Shown here: piece by piece, positions 33,474-36,636 of the stretch | Layout: each line of letters opens with the position of its first letter | Numbering within the stretch: the first letter of the stretch is position 1 | Origin: Phycisphaerales bacterium | Lineage (GTDB): Bacteria; Planctomycetota; Phycisphaerae; Phycisphaerales; SM1A02 | Reading direction: 5' to 3' | Length of the DNA: 36,636 nt | Assembly (NCBI GenBank): GCA_020427695.1 | Contig: JAGQOG010000091.1 | Coordinates: 1 to 36,636 of the forward strand | The notes under the pieces: generated by a model | Told to the model about the DNA's origin: nothing | Database searches by the model: none | Seen by the model: the letters and a program-made list of their open reading frames with translations, nothing else | Made by a program: the position numbers and the translations under genes

Positions 33474-36455
33474 ATGCCATCCGATCCCGCCTCCACCTCC
33501 CCCGCGGGCCCGGCTTCCGGGGCGGCGCCGGGCAAGGTGATCCGCGTCCGCGGAGCGCGCGAGCACAACCTCAAGTCCCTCGAGGTCGAGATCCCGCGCG
33601 ATCGCCTCGTGGTGATCACGGGCGTGTCCGGATCGGGCAAGAGTTCGCTCGCCTTCGACACGATCTTCGCCGAGGGACAGCGCAAGTACATGGAATCGCT
33701 CAGCGCCTACGCGCGGCAATTCCTGAACCAGATGCAGAAGCCCGACGTCGAGGAGATCGAGGGTCTTCCGCCGACGATCGCGATCGAGCAGCGCAGCGGC
33801 GGGCACACGCCGCGCTCGACGGTCGCGACGACCACCGAGATCTACGACTACCTCCGCCTGCTCTACGCCCGCTGCGGCACGCCCACGTGCTGGGCCACGG
33901 TGGGCACCGGCAAGAGCCAGCGCGTCTGCGGCCAGCCGATCACCGCGACACCCGCATCGCAGATCGTCGAGGCCGTCCTCCAGCGAGCGGCCGGCCGCCG
34001 GACCGTCATCTGCGCCCCGATCGTCCGCGCGAAGAAGGGATTCCACCGCGAGGCGGCGGAGGGGCTCCAGAAGCAGGGCTTCGTGCGGGCCCGCGTCAAC
34101 GGCGAGATCGTGGATCTTCGGGAGAAGCTCAAGGAGACGGGAGAGAATCCGCTTGGACTCGGCCGCTACGAGATGCACTCGATCGAGGCGGTGGTGGATC
34201 GGCTCGTGCCCGACGACGCGACCCGTCAGCGGCTCGCCGAATCGGTCGAGGTCGCACTTCGCCTGGGCGAGGGATCGCTGATCGTGCTCGTCGAGACCGA
34301 CGGCGCCTGGTCGGAGCACCGCTTCAGCGAGCGACTCTCGTGCCCCGACCACCCCGAGTGCTCGATCGACGAGCTCGAGCCTCGGCTCTTCTCGTTCAAC
34401 TCCCCGCATGGGGCGTGTCCCATGTGCGCTGGGCTGGGCACGGTGAGCGAATTCGATCTCGACTTGGTGATTCCCGATCGGGAAGCGTCGCTGGCCGAGG
34501 GAACCATCGAGCCGTGGCGGAAGAACGGGCCGCGCATGAACATGTGGTATGCCCGCATGATCCGCCGCTTCTGCGAGGCCACCCGCACCAAGTCGAACAC
34601 CCCCTTCGCCAAGCTGCCCAAGGCGACGGCCCGCATGCTGCTGGACGGCACGACGGAGGCCGACGAGAAGAAGCTCGGATTCTCGTTCGAGGGCGTCCTG
34701 CCGAACCTGCGCCGACGGTACGAGAACAGCGAGAGCCAGTTCGTGAAGGAGCGCCTGCACGGCTACATGAGCAACCGCCCGTGCACGGCCTGCGGCGGCA
34801 TGCGCCTCCGACCGGAGGCCTTGGCCGTCCGGTTGCGCAGCGGGACGCTGGCGGTCAACGTGGGCGAGGTGGCGGCGATGACCATCGAACAGGCCGCCGG
34901 CCTGATGGACACGCTCGACCTGACCCGCGAGCAGCGATCGATCGCCGAGCCCATCCTGCGGGAGATCCAGGCCCGCCTCGGCTTCATGTCGTCGGTGGGG
35001 CTCAACTATCTCACGCTGGACCGGGCGAGCGCCACGCTCTCCGGGGGCGAGGCGCAGCGCATCCGCCTCGCGACCCAGGTCGGCTCGGGACTGGTGGGCG
35101 TCTGCTACGTCCTCGACGAACCCACGATCGGACTGCATCAGCGCGACAACGACCGGTTGATCGCCACGCTCCGCCGGCTCGCGGACATCGGGAACACGGT
35201 GCTCGTGGTGGAGCACGACGAGGACATGATCCGCTCGGCGGACCACGTCCTCGACATCGGGCCCGGGCCCGGGCGCCACGGCGGAACGGTGGTCGCCCAA
35301 GGCGCCGTGGCGGACATCGTGGCGTGCCCCGCATCGCTGACGGGCCGATACCTCTCCGGCGAGCGCGGCGTGCGGGTGCCGGCGCAGCGGCGGGCTCTCG
35401 GCACGGACTGCGCCGTGGTGGTCAAGGGCGCCCGGGCCAACAACCTCAAGTCGATCGATGTGGCGTTCCCGCTGGGGGGAATCGTGTGCGTGACCGGCGT
35501 TTCCGGATCGGGCAAGAGCACGCTGGTGAACGACATCCTCCTCAAGGCCGCGCTCAAGTCGGTGCAGGGCTCGCGGGTGTCGCCCGGCGCCCATGATCGC
35601 GTGAACGGCCTCAACAAGGTGGACCGCATCGTCGAGGTGGACCAGTCGCCGATCGGCCGCACCCCGCGTTCGAACCCCGCCACCTACACCGGCATCTTCG
35701 ACGAGATCCGCCGACTCTTCGCCCAGACGAAGGAGTCGAAGATACGCGGCTACGAGCCGGGGCGATTCTCCTTCAACGTCAAGGGCGGCCGCTGCGAAGC
35801 GTGCCAGGGCCAAGGCGTCAAGAAGATCGAGATGCACTTCCTGCCGGACGTGTTCGTCACCTGCGAAGTGTGCAAGGGGACGCGCTACAACCGCGAAACG
35901 CTGGACGTGCACTTCAAGGGCAGGAACATCGCCCAGATCCTCGACATGACCGTGGACGACGCGCTCTTGTTCTTCGAGGCGCATCCGCGCGTCCACCGCA
36001 TGATCGAATGCCTGCACGACGTCGGACTCGACTACATGCAGCTCGGCCAGGCCTCGACCACGCTCTCGGGCGGCGAGGCGCAGCGGGTGAAGCTGGCCAG
36101 CGAGCTGGGAAGCGCTCCCGCCGGACACACCCTCTACCTGCTCGACGAGCCGACGACCGGCCTGCACTTCGCCGACGTGGAGAAGCTGCTGGGCGTGCTC
36201 AACCGGTTGGCCGACGCCGGCCACACGCTGGTCGTCATCGAGCACAACCTCGACGTCATCAAGTTCGCCGACTGGATCATCGACCTCGGCCCCGAGGGCG
36301 GCGACCGCGGCGGCACCGTGGTGGCCAGCGGCACACCCGAGGAAGTCGCCGCGAACGACCGCAGCTACACCGGGCACTATCTGAAGCCGCTGTTGCGGAC
36401 GACGGCGAAGCAGGCGGCGAAGGGCGGACGTCGGAAGGCAGCGGCGGCGCGGTAG
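33474..36455 (+). CDS. uvrA: Excinuclease ABC subunit A
   Basis: 993 aa. IRVRGAREHNLKSLEVEIPRDRLVVITGVSGSGKSSLAFDTIFAEGQRKY, zinc-finger cysteines (CPxC, CxxCxGxG), a second ATPase module [13 protein letters not shown], two LSGGEAQR signatures and the C-terminal SYTGHYLKPLL. Confidence 0.97.
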   Translation: MPSDPASTSPAGPASGAAPGKVIRVRGAREHNLKSLEVEIPRDRLVVITGVSGSGKSSLAFDTIFAEGQRKYMESLSAYARQFLNQMQKPDVEEIEGLPPTIAIEQRSGGHTPRSTVATTTEIYDYLRLLYARCGTPTCWATVGTGKSQRVCGQPITATPASQIVEAVLQRAAGRRTVICAPIVRAKKGFHREAAEGLQKQGFVRARVNGEIVDLREKLKETGENPLGLGRYEMHSIEAVVDRLVPDDATRQRLAESVEVALRLGEGSLIVLVETDGAWSEHRFSERLSCPDHPECSIDELEPRLFSFNSPHGACPMCAGLGTVSEFDLDLVIPDREASLAEGTIEPWRKNGPRMNMWYARMIRRFCEATRTKSNTPFAKLPKATARMLLDGTTEADEKKLGFSFEGVLPNLRRRYENSESQFVKERLHGYMSNRPCTACGGMRLRPEALAVRLRSGTLAVNVGEVAAMTIEQAAGLMDTLDLTREQRSIAEPILREIQARLGFMSSVGLNYLTLDRASATLSGGEAQRIRLATQVGSGLVGVCYVLDEPTIGLHQRDNDRLIATLRRLADIGNTVLVVEHDEDMIRSADHVLDIGPGPGRHGGTVVAQGAVADIVACPASLTGRYLSGERGVRVPAQRRALGTDCAVVVKGARANNLKSIDVAFPLGGIVCVTGVSGSGKSTLVNDILLKAALKSVQGSRVSPGAHDRVNGLNKVDRIVEVDQSPIGRTPRSNPATYTGIFDEIRRLFAQTKESKIRGYEPGRFSFNVKGGRCEACQGQGVKKIEMHFLPDVFVTCEVCKGTRYNRETLDVHFKGRNIAQILDMTVDDALLFFEAHPRVHRMIECLHDVGLDYMQLGQASTTLSGGEAQRVKLASELGSAPAGHTLYLLDEPTTGLHFADVEKLLGVLNRLADAGHTLVVIEHNLDVIKFADWIIDLGPEGGDRGGTVVASGTPEEVAANDRSYTGHYLKPLLRTTAKQAAKGGRRKAAAAR

Positions 36456-36468
36456 GGAACGGCGGGGA

Positions 36469-36532
36469 GATCGAGGGATCAAGGTATCAAGGTATCAAGG
36501 GATCAAGGGATCAAGGGATCAAGTGATCGACT
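36469..36532. repeat. Tandem array of eight 8-nt units (GATCGAGG GATCAAGG TATCAAGG x2 GATCAAGG x2 GATCAAGT GATCGACT)
   Basis: Read directly from the sequence. It starts 13 nt after the uvrA stop codon. In the other register it reads GG(G/T)ATCAA, the same unit family as the minus strand of 10441-10536. Confidence 0.95.
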
Positions 36533-36561
36533 CCCATGTGCTCACCAGCGCCGCCCCCCAT

Positions 36562-36632
36562 GGACGGCACAGGCGTCGGGGGCAGATCGAAGTCCGAAGG
36601 ACTTCATCGCCCTGACGCCGTCCGTGCCGTCC
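36562..36632. other. Nested stem-loop element downstream of the octamer array, close to the window edge
   Basis: The outer interrupted stem pairs GGACGGCAC(A)GGCGTC (36562-36577) with GACGCC(GTCC)GTGCCGTCC (36614-36632). The inner perfect hairpin is GAAGTCC-GAA-GGACTTC (36589-36605). Confidence 0.5.
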
Positions 36633-36636
36633 CCTA

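Noticed and set aside
36469-36532. CsrA/RsmA-sponge-like GGA repeat RNA
   Set aside because: Only the GGGATCAA units contain GGA. The TATCAAGG units and the whole 10441-10536 array (GGCATCAA) lack it, so the family as a whole does not fit the CsrA-binding consensus.

Overview
Visibly GC-rich bacterial chromosomal DNA. Protein architectures (dockerin-like tags with no cohesin, DUF1570-like peptidase, HAF repeats, xylose-isomerase-like TIM barrel) suggest a Planctomycetota/Phycisphaerae-like organism, but this is inference only. I call 28 protein-coding genes, one of them truncated at the left edge. By eye I found no rRNA, tRNA, CRISPR, transposase, integrase or recognisable defence genes.

Gene content:
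- Left third (minus strand): a complete, translationally coupled mrpABCDEFG Na+/H+ antiporter operon, the PTS-Ntr module hpf-ptsN-npr, a DUF502-like membrane protein, a secreted TPR/HExxH/PDZ peptidase, purN and gpsA.
- Middle: a P1B-like P-type ATPase, an uncharacterised 410-aa protein divergent from a secreted HAF-repeat protein, a TIM-barrel/cmk/plsC operon, an orphan gcvH and a MacB-like ABC pair.
- Right: two divergently transcribed paralogous ~890-aa secreted repeat (probable beta-propeller) proteins, then uvrB, a DEAD-box helicase and uvrA.

Most of this is housekeeping and I do not see a clear-cut novel multi-gene system. The less ordinary observations are:
1. Three secreted proteins share a C-terminal double dockerin-like tag. 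Two of them are a divergent paralog pair with near-identical start regions and a palindrome between them.
2. A dispersed family of tandem 7/8-nt repeats (GGNATCA/GGNATCRA) occupies three intergenic regions. Two of the arrays start about 13 nt after a stop codon, in the same orientation relative to the upstream gene.
3. A TAnnnT hexamer sits 6-8 nt upstream of seven start codons, suggesting widespread leaderless transcription.

All family assignments come from motif recognition in the supplied translations. No HMM or BLAST search was run.
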